Shown: piece after piece, positions 52,601 to 64,000 of the stretch
How positions within the stretch are numbered: position 1 is the stretch's first letter
How the letters are laid out: each line of letters starts with the position of its first letter
Origin: Ophelia neglecta
Lineage: Eukaryota
DNA: 64,000 bases
Direction of reading: 5' to 3'
Assembly (NCBI GenBank): GCA_965285935.1
Contig: OZ260661.1
Coordinates: forward strand, 24,676,001 to 24,740,000
Made by a program: the position numbers and the translations under genes
The notes under the pieces: model-generated
Told to the model about the DNA's origin: nothing
The model's input: the letters and a program-made list of their open reading frames with translations, nothing else
Databases searched by the model: none

Positions 52601-55067
52601 ATGACATTGACCTGAAAGTAAGATTTAACGGTAAAAAATCCCTGGACACTTTACCAAAGCTATTACATAACCAAATTTTAACTCTATTGTGCTGAAGAGT
52701 GGGACGTTGCCCATAGCAAAGACATTCTAGTCCTCATTTTGAGATGTAGTTGATCAATAGAAGCGATCCCCTTGGTTAACCTCTAAAATGCAAGTTGCTT
52801 TTCGTGAAATTCAACTGTAAATTGAATAAGGAAATGAAAATGGAGTACATTGCCAGCATTCTTTTGCCAATAATTGAAAGAATCAAGCGTATGTGGGTGA
52901 ATATTTTGATTTCGAAAAGTTTTCTTCTAGAAAGACCAAGATTGGTGTCGTTTATATTGGTGCCGTTTTTGCTCCCATAGCTGTACCAGAATTGAACAAA
53001 GTATTTTTCTCCAAACATAAAGATGTTATTTTGCAGAGACGATGATAAAGTGAAATTCCCAGCCGAGCTAGGCCAGGATGTTTGTTGAGCGAGTATGTGA
53101 TACCCAAGTCGTACAACATACTGCTATAAAGACGTTTGACATCGAAATAAGCATATACAATACAAGTCCACTTTGTTGTCAGTTTGGACAGACCATCTAT
53201 GCCACCCCCTATTTAATACTAATTTATTTTCAAACTTTGTTTTAGAATTGGCATTGGCAGAAATCTCCCCTTCTTATTAATTTTTCCGAAGTGGCAGCCA
53301 TTGCGAAGCCCTAATACTAATTTGTGTATATATACTGAGCAAACCGCAATCCTTTCTACGCTATTAACTATTAAATTATACACCAAAGATAGATTTACAG
53401 AAAGCTTACATCGAACGTGTCCCTCCAGCCTTTGGTGTCTCCGTAGAGTAAACTACCGTCGGGTAAAAATACCCCGGCATTGTTGACACACACATCGACT
53501 CCACCGTGTTGGGTTTTAATCTCAGAAAACATGGCTAGAATATCCTCCTCATTCCTAAGGTCACAGCGTATTGCATGGAGGGAACCTTTACAGGATTTCA
53601 ACTCCTCAGACATTCTCTGTAAAACAATAACAGCAAGCCAGAAGGTAGAAACGTAGAAACAACCCCCCCCCCTGCCCCCTGTGCCCCCCCCCTCCTCCAT
53701 CCATCAAAAGGGATGGTAATCATGTCTGTCGAATAGTCCATTCCTGTCAAACACAAATAATTAGGTAGATGTTACTTATTTGTAATGAATTATTAGATTA
53801 ATATTTATTATTTATCATTTATTTAGATATATGTTTTTTGTTGAATATTTTCCTTAATTTGAGCATATTTGTTTGGTATTTTATATAGTAATAAATAGTT
53901 ATGATTGGATATGCCAATATGGCTGCCAGTATATGCTTATGTGATCTCAGTGAAGGACAGTGCTTATCACGTGCACACTTAATCTCATCAAGATCTTAGT
54001 TTAGATCAACGGTTTGGCCTATATGGAAGTTGGTCCAAAATAATACGAGGGAGCATTATTTTGCAATATGTAGAGAATACTGTGTCGGATCCAGGATTTC
54101 AGGAAGGGGGGGAGGCACCCTTTTTCCAAGGTTGACGAGGCCAATGTCTGGGATGTCCTCGCTACCAACCCTCTGAAAACCACCTTTCGTCAGTCCAGAA
54201 ATAGGCCATGGTCTGGGCCCAAATTTTGGCAAAGGGGGGGAGGGGGCTGGCCCCCTGTGCCCCCCCCCCCCCTAAATCTGCCACTGGAATATTAAACACA
54301 CGCAAGGTGTAGCTTAATAATGCACGGATTATATATCAATTGGTCAATTTGTTGACAACAAGATTGGCTTATAGAAAGCAGCATCCAAGCTTTTGATAAT
54401 ATTTAAAGGGCCCAGGTTAATTACCTGTGCTGAAAAGAAGTTCTGTGTGCCCATCTGAGTCTAAATACTTTATCAATGAGATAAAAAGGTAACATACCAG
54501 ACTAATTGGTTTTTTTGCTATACACCTAGCACTAAAATTTTGTTTTATTTCAAACTATTCGAAATTACCTGAAATGGCGAGGATAACACAGGTACAAAAA
54601 ACGGTATGGCGAAAAAGCCCCCAATGGCAGCCCCCCCCCCCTCCAGCCAGATTAATAATGACCGTCCACTTATAAATACTACTAATACACATTCTATCTA
54701 CAAATACTACTTACGTTGATGAAAATATTGATTTACATTGCTTTGGAAGTTAGTAAAGAATTAAGGAGAGCCCTGGGTTTGATTATTATGCATTAAATCT
54801 TTATATTTGTTTAAAATCCACCCATTAGTGACCAATAATGAATCTTTTGTTTGGGAGAAACTGGATAAAAACCCTATGAATGTATAAACTAGATTTCCTG
54901 TATGTGCCTCAACTCTTAACGGCACGGCGACCAACCTGTATACTGTCGACATTCCTGGCACATCCCACGACTGTCATACCAGATTCTACAAGTCTCCTGG
55001 CGATGGCGGCTCCGATACCTACACTGGCTCCGGTCACCAGGGCAACCCTCCCTTGCCAACGCTCCAT
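49649..55067 (-). CDS. DHRS11: DHRS11-like short-chain dehydrogenase/reductase, copy A (complete, 249 aa)
   Basis: Exons 55067-54936 (MERWQGRVALVTGASVGIGAAIA...GCARN), 53616-53410 (RCDLRNEEDIL...NNAG), 52611-52517 (VNVMGLAICTREA...DDGHII), 52205-52076 (YGATK), 51684-51598 (NPGIVETE), 51168-51103, 49681-49649. All GT-AG, 750 nt in frame; TGxxxGxG, NNAG, Ser and YxxxK intact. Confidence 0.93.
49920..50223 (+). mobile_element. 5'-truncated tRNA-derived SINE in the last intron of DHRS11 copy A
   Basis: Same family as 42477-42803; 9-bp TSD TCATGCTGA (49911-49919 and 50224-50232). Confidence 0.9.
54080..54286. mobile_element. Small G/C-run-rich TIR element
   Basis: CTGTGTCGGATCCAGG... / ...CCTAAATCTGCCACTG with GAATA on both sides. 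Confidence 0.55.
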
Positions 55068-57372
55068 AATAGTAGGCTTAATTGACGCCTCGAGTAGGAA
55101 TACTTGTCTCGTTTTCCCTAGCTAAAGCTGGTGAATAGAAAATTGGGTCATTAAAATGGCGGCATGTAATTCGCTCTATCTAATGTTTACGAGTTCACTG
55201 GCGCAAAAAGCCCAAGTGGGACTATGGTCTTCGTATCTCGGATGTTTATACATTGGAACCAGACACAGTGTGTGTGTGTGGATGTGTGTGCGCGTGTCTG
55301 GGTGCGGGGGGGGGGGGGGTAAAACACTGTTCACTGCTGTTCGTCGCAAGTGTTGCAGGGATGAGCTGTGTAAGACGGTAGAGCATAGTGAGATTAAAGT
55401 AAAGTATAAAGAAGACCAAAAGTACAGTATATAAGCATAATTTGTATCCTAAATTCATTAAATAATCATTTTACAAATTCCAGAGAACACCACTGTGTTC
55501 TAGCCACCTTGACGTTTTTACTAAACAACAAAATGTATACTCAGGCACAATGCCTAGCGACAGGAACACCAGCGTGCAGGTTTGATTTCTCTCGCTAAGA
55601 ATGACAATCCCACATACCAGTTTTCGAAAAAGGTCTAGCGGCTAACATAAATTTGAAAGAAATACGTTCAACTCAATTGTTTTTCAAAGTGAAGAAACTT
55701 CTAGAAACAAATGCACGAGAGCTAGTTTGGGACTCGTAGCCTAGCTGGATATGTTCAAAGAATGGTAAAGCCAAAAAGAGCCCGACCTTCGTTCTAAACC
55801 CTATTTAAGGGGGCGGGCTGTTCACAGAAAAAAGGGAGGAGCGAGCTCCTGTATCATTTCCTTTGCCCGTCCCCGTACTGTGTGGTGCTCCATACACAGA
55901 TGTAACTTCCGGGCAAGTCTTCATTTCTGGCTTTGTTGCACTCATCCTAATAACATGGGACCGTCCTATATAACATAAAATCTTCCCAGGCTAGTGCTGT
56001 CATTATACCAAATTCTTCCCGACTTGAAGCAAATATCCCCAGAAGCAATGTGAAACAATATTATTGAGATAATTAGTAAAGACATATGTTGAAATTTGCC
56101 TTGAATTTCTACAGATTGGTTCCGATTCATAAATTATTGACACGCAGCCCACGACAATTCATGTTGGGCAAAAATTACACAAGGGCTATCAATCGGTTGT
56201 TCGGGATTTACCCAGTTACTGGGCGGATTAACATATTGAAAGTCGGTTGTTCGGGAGTCATCATCTAAATGCCTTACCAGGCGGATTAATAACATAAAAC
56301 ATAAACTTTGATATATAAGGGCTGTGGAGTAATCAGTTTCACATTTCTCTGATTAAGTAGACAGTTCCACTAACATTGAATGTCGCTTCTCTTATTTTTT
56401 CATCCTAGTAATGGTGACGCCACCTCGTGGCGGTGGTTTAACCGTATTTGGAGTGTATTTGTAAAGTTTACGTTACGCTCACGTGTACGTCTGGTACAAA
56501 TATTTGTACAACCATGTGTTTATGATTATATTATAAATGTTTGACAATTGGTAAACCTACCTTTGTTTATTTTTTTTTCATAGCCGCATAACATAGTTTC
56601 TAAAGCCACATATTCTTAATATATATATATTTTTTAGATACAAATGGTTTCTGCACACACTATTTAACCGTTTACAGAGGACGATGTAGATTTTAAATGT
56701 CCGCTCACAGGAAGGATGGTGCATGTGAGGGGAAGTATCGGAAGCGAAGCGGCGAGGGGGGTGAACCCGTCTCCCGAAGACCGACCTATCAAACAAATGT
56801 ACTTACTGTACTAAGATATTCTAAAGAAGAACCGAAGTAAAAGTTGAAAAGGGAAATTGCCCATACCCTACTACGTAAAAGTGCGCACTCTGTAATAAAG
56901 ATGCAATTAATTCTTAATATATAGGTAAAGTTAAATCATTCATTATTCACGTTATATGAATTATAACATAGCTTATAGCCTTATAATTCGATGACTATGA
57001 CTAAATAAGGCGTCTAGATCGTTGATTTAAAAGATGCAAGCTAATAACTGTATTTTAGGTCATATGGTAAATTGAAGAAGGAGAATTTTCTACAAGGATG
57101 TCGCCCATTGGATCTTCAATTTAGTTGTTACGCTTACATCTAAAACAGCCAATTGTTTAATTTCAAGCTATTGGCATATAATCAATAGTCATAATATGTC
57201 TGTTGTGTTTAATTGCTTAGATCCACTGAAATAACACATGAAGTCATCTGGTATTTTTTCATCTTTTAATATAATTTGTTGCGATATATTAGTATTATTA
57301 TGTTCATTTTTTGTATCGCCAATGTCAGTACTAAAACCGCTCATATCTGTTTCACATAATGTAGTGTGTGTA

Positions 57373-57550
57373 CAGTGGAACCTGTTAATTAAGACCATCA
57401 AAGGGACCGGAAATTGTTGGTCTGATTTTGGAGGTGGTCTGTTTAGACAGGTTATTTAACATTGGAAATATACTGCAAGGTCCTCATATAAGTGGTCTGA
57501 ATTGACAGGTGGTCTGATTTTAGAGGTGGTCTTTAAGGCAGGTTTCACTG
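57373..57550. mobile_element. Tc1/mariner-pogo-type MITE
   Basis: TA-CAGTGGAACCTG...CAGGTTTCACTG-TA; highly similar to 27582-27759. Confidence 0.85.
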
Positions 57551-58097
57551 TATATGGAAACTCTTAGACAAAACTAACGAAATACTCCATAGGAATTACA
57601 AAGGTAACGACATGTGCTCGCACTGCACTACCGCACTTATCACTCTTCTTCTTTAGAAATATCTGAAACCAGGACTTCGACAATCCAGCAAGGAGGCCAG
57701 ATCCCATAAGGGGTAAAACGCACCGTGCTCTCTTAATAACTGCTAACATTTCCACTTTAACATTCCAGCGCGCACCGTTCTTCCTCCCGACTAGTGTTCC
57801 CCCATTATAAGTTTTCTACCAGTCACGCCATTGCGTTTGTAAGACATGTATAACTTGTGGGGCATCATTATAATTGCATAAATCATGTAATTCGGTTTCT
57901 GGTCAAATGGGTTACAAAACACAAAGGATAAGGCAACACTTAGTTTCCATGTTGATTCAGAACTCACTTCTGAAACTGTTTATTTCAACAACAAGAAATA
58001 AGCAATGCTCAGAGTTTACTTTTTATTTTGTTTAGTGAATATTTAGCAAGGTACCCCTCCTCAATTCACCACCAGGCTTGAGCACAAATCGAAGAGT

Positions 58098-61000
58098 CTA
58101 CAGTGTTGGAGTAACAACCATGTCCTCTATCTGAAATAAAAAAGTAACTTACAATAGTCATCAATGATATAAAGCCCACAGTAATGAGTCTATGTCTTAC
58201 CAGGCAAAGCATGTGTGATCCAGTTTTGTTGCATATTATCATAGCCTAAGTTATCAATGTTGTAATATCCATCATAGAATATTCTATTTTCTCGCTAAGA
58301 AATTGATAACAAACCTCGACTTCTTCACTGGTCCCAAGGACTGTCAGTACGGCGTCGGCAATCTTATTGGCATTTAGCGGCTGATAAATACATAAAGACA
58401 CTGATATTAAATAAAAATATATACTTATATACATATACATTGCATCATACGATTAAATTTATGTCCAACCAATAGCTGACCCCACCAATACAAAGTAAAA
58501 GTTGTTTTGTTGATATTTTGGCAGTAAATAAACGTATAGTGACGTGGCTCTCTTAATCACTGCTAACATTTCCACTTAAACAGTCCAGCCACGATATGAC
58601 TTGGGGTGGGGGGCGAGGGGGTATATTGAGGAATCTAAATTACTGACTTTACGGTAGCTGAGAACAATGAACACGGACGAATTCATGTTATAAACACAAC
58701 CCCGATAAAACAAATATCTTCCACATCCAGCTTAATTTAATTTTATACGAAAACAAGGTGACCAATATATATACCAACTTTAGTGCCATTTAAGTTCATA
58801 CTTGGATCTTGTGCACCAATAACTGAAGCCAACGGACACCTAGCGGGCAATGATACATTTAATGGTTTTATATATGGAATATTATGATTAAAAGAACGCT
58901 TCATACCGGACGAGTACGGTATAATTCCTTGGCTTCTTCCACACCGATCATCTTCTTGTGGATCTCCGTCTGTACTAATCCGGGGTGAATACCCTGAAAT
59001 GTATATCCGACGTGTGGCTTACATGTACAGTGAAACCTGCCTTAAAAACCACCTGTACAATCAGACCACCTGTCAATTCAGGCCATTATTATGAGGACAA
59101 TGTCGTATATTTTCTATGTTAAATAACATGTCTAAACAGACCAGGTCCGAAATGAGACAGTATTTTCCAGTCCCTTTTGTGGTCTTATTTTGCAGGATTC
59201 ACTACATATAGATAACAGTAGGATCCGAGCGGGGACAAGTAGGACAAGTTAGAAATAACACGTGGTTTAGTTTTTGTATAGTTCTATTTCTCCTATGTTT
59301 CGGTTACTAAACTGACCAAACTATCGTCCCATTTTCGATGATTATAAAAGCAATTAGAGATCCCAATTTAAACGACTCACTTCTACTTTTGTTCTAAATG
59401 TCAATTTTGAATGGCATGTGTATGATTTATTGATTGATGAACTATAATCTCACCGAGACTTTGATCCGAGATTTCTCTGCTCTGAGCTCCATCCTCAGAC
59501 AGTCAGTCATTGCCCGAACCATCCACTTGGTGGCGCCATACCAGTGAATATCCGCCCACGATGAATGTTTTAAAGCAACGTTGCTGTGGTAAATAAGTTG
59601 CAAGTCATTGCTAGGCTGATAAAAATGCTACTGTTACTCAAGCTTGAAACACACTTTATATTTGTTTATCACCATGTCTGTTAACTTTTCGTTTTTTTCG
59701 AGTTTCCGCCCATGGTGAATGGTTGAAACCATAAACGCTGTTTTGAAATAAGTTGCCATTCTTTCTATAGCTTATAAAACTAATAATATTGATCAAGCCC
59801 GAAACACACATTCCTAGCAGCAATATTCCGGGATGTTTAAATGTTGCCTTAAATATTTATTTTTTGTCGCATGTGATAATAAGCTCATGTAGCACATTAA
59901 TATAAACGGTGTACAACAAGCGTTTATTCAACACTTCATGTATTTTGTGCTAATAAATAGGATGTCGCACAGCATGTTTTTCTGTTTTATTTCAAGTAAA
60001 CATATAATCACCTTGGCAATAGTTATGGACACATAGATATAAAAAGATAATACTGAAAACCTCACCTGCCAATTTGAATGATATGTCCGTCATCCACTTT
60101 TCTCTCTCTCATAGACTTGATGGCTTCTCGGGTACAAATTGCTAAGCCCATGACATTGACCTAAGCAAACGACATATTCCAGGATATTGAAATTAGTTAG
60201 CACTTTACCAAACATGTCACACAACAAAACCAATGAATAACAATGGATGCTTCTTAATCCAGTTAGTCGTAATGACTAATGTGTTTGCTTTGTCTACAGT
60301 GAGTCCATTCCCGTTCAGTTAGACAGATACTTAATATCTTTGATCGCACATATAAATGTAGTAAAACTTGAAATATGGCTGTCTTATTTGGAGATATCTA
60401 CAATATATTTATAATGTATGATTAAATCTATGTTTGATTGCTTTGGACGAATAAGATGATCTGGGCTCGGACATTCGAGTTTCTTTTCTCCTAAAAGGCC
60501 TATTTCTGATTTATTTTTGCTTTGCATGCCGGAAAACCACTTTCGTTTATTTGAAGCAGGACCTTCAGATCCTTATTCGTGCATATATATGGAGCAGATA
60601 TATTCTACTCGACATAAATGTGTCAGGTTAAAAATGTCTACTACTACATGCTAAACGTATTATTCAATCCCTAGCAGATATCCTTGAGGGCCACATGCAA
60701 TTAGCTGATTCAGCGGATTCAGCGGATTATAGCGGAATGAGCGGATTCTTCAGTTAAAACTTAATATAAGGTAAGTTACCTATGAATTCTAATTTTTCTA
60801 TATATTTTCTATATTATTTTCCTAGAATTTCTAGATTTTAAAATGTTTATTATCCCGGAATGCGTTTTTGGCAACTTCTCCAAAATGGTCTGCAGCCGAT
60901 ACCTCCCCCAGCCTCCAAGCAGAGCACAACACTGCATGGAGACTTGCGCAGTAGACTGACTGGGCATGGCGCACGAGGCTAATCGAGTGTAGTGTAATTT

Positions 61001-63412
61001 GTACAAGCAGCGGTACACAGTGAACTCGACCCATTGCGATCTCGACCCAACGCACTCGAGCCACCGGGCTTGCGATCTCGACCTAATGAGACTGGTCGAG
61101 ATTATTAAATTTTGTCAGTGTCCGTGTTGGTGTTTTGGCCTATTCGGATGCGTATACAAGCGATCTCTGGCATGTGCATATCAGATGTGTAATTCCCTAG
61201 TTCAAATGATATTATTTATGGCGTTCTTCTGAGCAGGTTGGCTGTCCAATGTCCGTAGCCTGTCGCCAGAACACTAAAATCCGAGGTGGCTTATACACAG
61301 GTTTATACTACTATGTTGAGCGCTTAGCGTACAAAATGGAGAGCAGGATAGGAACACCAAACTTTGGTCACAGTTTAATTTTAGCAAGATGAGTGTCATA
61401 TAGGCTAATATTGTGCTTTTAATTGGTGTTCACAGAATACTTGAATGAGCCATTGGAAGCTTTGATAGTTGTGGTGATATAATGTGGACAACTTCGATTA
61501 ACGCACTTAAAACAGTGGGAACAAATATTCTTAAGTATGTTTTGAGTTTTCCGAACTTTTAGGTGGCCACTATATTATATGTGGTGTGAAAAAAACATTC
61601 TATGCACTAGGGTTAATTTGCTCTCACAAAACTATCATGAAATAAACATTATGTAGTCAGAGCAAAATTTTATCAGTCGCAAAACTATTTGAAATAAATG
61701 GTCACCATACAAGTTGTTTGTTAATTATACTACAATTTGGGCCTATTTGCCATAGAGTACGTTCAGATGATTCTATCAAGCTGATTAGTCTTCTACAAAA
61801 ATAGAAAATATGACATTATCATTATACTCCAAATGACCTATGGGCTGGCAATTTTTCACTGGTCACACTGAGAGATAAAATTGTCAGAATTTACCACTCT
61901 CTTCTACATTTTAAACTGTTAAAGGTTAAAACCAGTGACTGGTGACTTTTCAACATGACTGGGCTAATCAAAGATTAAAACTCATGCGCTTCACAGAATT
62001 ACTGGTTACAATATTACAGAAATTCTGAATTAACTGATTGCCCTTGCCTTATTCAGTTATTCTGTGTGTGCGATGAGATAATGACGCCACGCATGTGACC
62101 TGGTGACCATGTGACTGTGCACTGCTAGTTACTAGTAGTAGCCTACACATGACAATGCAGCGTGCAACCAGCATGCTGTCTCACCTCAGTAGAATTTTAG
62201 ATGCACTATACTGTTTAAAAGCATACATTACCTCGTTTTTCCAATCTAGAATTTGCGGTTGTAGTTGTCAGTTGGTTGTAGACTGGTAGAGAGGTCGCAC
62301 CAGAAACGCGCCGGAAACATCGTTAAACGGTGAAAGTTACGTTACGAAACCGGTGCGGTGAAGTAGTATATGGCCGCTACCGTTTCAACGAATTTCGCTC
62401 TTTCTGGGAGATGAAATGTATGGAGAAGAGATAATAATGATACTGATACTGCCCGTGAACACCGGATTTTTACGGTAATGGCGACCCATATCTATCGGAA
62501 TGCCGCCGCGCTCTTTCCGAAACTCCGCTACCAGTCTACAGCCCAAATCCGCTCATTCCGCTATAATCCGCTGAATCCGCTGAATCCGCTAATTGCATGT
62601 GGCCATCTTTGAGTCTCAAGATATGGTGATACAAACTACCCGCCCTTTGCCTTATGCTTGGCATGTACACTATATATGTTTCAGTTACTAGTATGCGTTC
62701 TCGTTTTGCTAGTATCGCGTTTAGAGTGCGAATCAAATATCATATTGTCGTTATGAACTTTTATTGTAAGAACATGGTGAATGTGATGAAGCGGTTGATA
62801 ACAACTAACTTAACACAAGTCCCAAACGAATTGCTTTTCTGTTAAACATTGAAAGGCCATTTTTTTGGAAGGGTAAAAGAATAGGAGATATAACAAATTG
62901 AATGACAAGATGGCCAGTTGGTAATTTGGGACAAGTCCCCTCAGATCATGAACCTATCCTTCTCCCTTTATTGCTGGGTATGTAGCTGGTGCTTCCTGAT
63001 GATCTATGACCGATTTAATGTAGCATTCTGTTATAATGATTGGCTTTGTCTGCCGGGTAGACACTCCTGATTTTGGCACTTCTTCCTAAGTAGCAGCCTT
63101 ATAAACACGAATAGAAATGCCTACTTATATTAGGCATACGGCCATAAATCTGATGCCTTTAACCAAATGAATAATTAATCAGGATAAATCTACAAACAAA
63201 CTTACATCGACATGGTCCTTCCAGATTTTAGTTTCTCCGTAGAGTATACTGCTGTTGACGTGAACTACCCCGGCATTGTTGACACACACATCGACTCCAC
63301 CGTGTTGTGTTTTAATCTCAGAAAACATGGCTAGAATATCCTCCTCGTTCCTAAGGTCACAGCGTATTGCATGGAGGGAACCTTTACAGGATTTCAACTC
63401 CTCAGACATCCT
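58098..63412 (-). CDS. DHRS11: DHRS11-like short-chain dehydrogenase/reductase, copy B (exons 2-7; exon 1 presumably beyond the window end)
   Basis: Exons 63412-63206, 60160-60066, 59583-59454, 58993-58907, 58380-58315, 58130-58098, with the same lengths and phases as copy A; NNAG and YGATK intact. Confidence 0.92.
59028..59204. mobile_element. Tc1/mariner-pogo-type MITE in a DHRS11 copy B intron
   Basis: TA-CAGTGAAACCTGCCTTAA...CAGGATTCACTA; absent from the matching site of copy A (~51711). Confidence 0.8.
60689..62604. mobile_element. Non-autonomous Mutator/MULE-like DNA transposon (1916 bp) in intron 2 of DHRS11 copy B
   Basis: ~58-bp TIR GGCCACATGCAATTAGC(T/G)GATTCAGCGGATTCAGCGGATTATAGCGGAATGAGCGGATT; 9-bp TSD ATCCTTGAG/ATCTTTGAG; GG...CC ends. 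Confidence 0.8.
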
Positions 63413-64000
63413 CTGTAAAACAATAACAACAGTAGTCTTCGGTTACTGACATCATTGGTTTGTCTTAAAGGCACTCGACTAAACAGCTATTGATGCAATA
63501 TCTGTCCTGGTCAGTGCAACAAAAAAAGGTGTGGGAAATTTTCGTAACTAGTGGATAGTATCTATAAATCAATAGTTTAATAATGTCAGGAGAATACTGT
63601 ACTTAACGTAAATTACGGAAAAGGCTATTTAGGATGGGTTGCAACTGACAAACATTAAATCGCGAACCTTGGGAAAGTACATGTAGACCAACCTGGCTGG
63701 TCTCGTGTCTTAGAGTATCAACTTAATGATATTCTTAATTTACAATTATATAACATTAGAATCATCTTCTTACATTTTGGCGAAAGTTCTTGTCTCAATG
63801 CTCTCGATTTCTCCCTCCCCCACGGATAAGCATGTAGGACGAGAAACTAAAACCCCCAATGACACGCACACCCCTCCTCTCCCCGGACAGAGTAATAATG
63901 AACACGTCCATATAAGGTATTGCTAATATACGTTCTATAAACTGATCCCACTCGTGCATATCTCTGATTCTACTATATATTATGGACTTGAAGTAAACAT

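Overview
Eukaryotic, AT-rich, intron-containing invertebrate genomic DNA (probably a lophotrochozoan; inference from the SINE and gene content). Left to right: the last four coding exons (FN3 + SPRY) and 3' region of a TRIM9/TRIM67-type E3 ligase; DNA-transposon remnants, including a 2.9-kb PIF/Harbinger-like element with a nested hAT-like element; a 7-finger C2H2 zinc-finger gene; a truncated DIRS-like retrotransposon; an intact 7-exon, 806-aa gene fusing ankyrin repeats to a caspase domain; an apparently intact L1/Tx1-type LINE; about 12 kb of decayed, duplicated copies of unidentified spliced gene(s); and two tandem DHRS11-like short-chain dehydrogenase genes on the minus strand, the second lacking exon 1 in this window. 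The standout is the ankyrin-caspase. It keeps the His/Cys catalytic dyad (SHG, QACAG), has lost both arginines of the Asp-binding S1 pocket, and ends in a hydrophobic tail that may be a membrane anchor. This suggests a possibly membrane-tethered sensor-protease with non-Asp specificity. All gene models were built by eye from GT-AG sites and phase checks; no database search was run.
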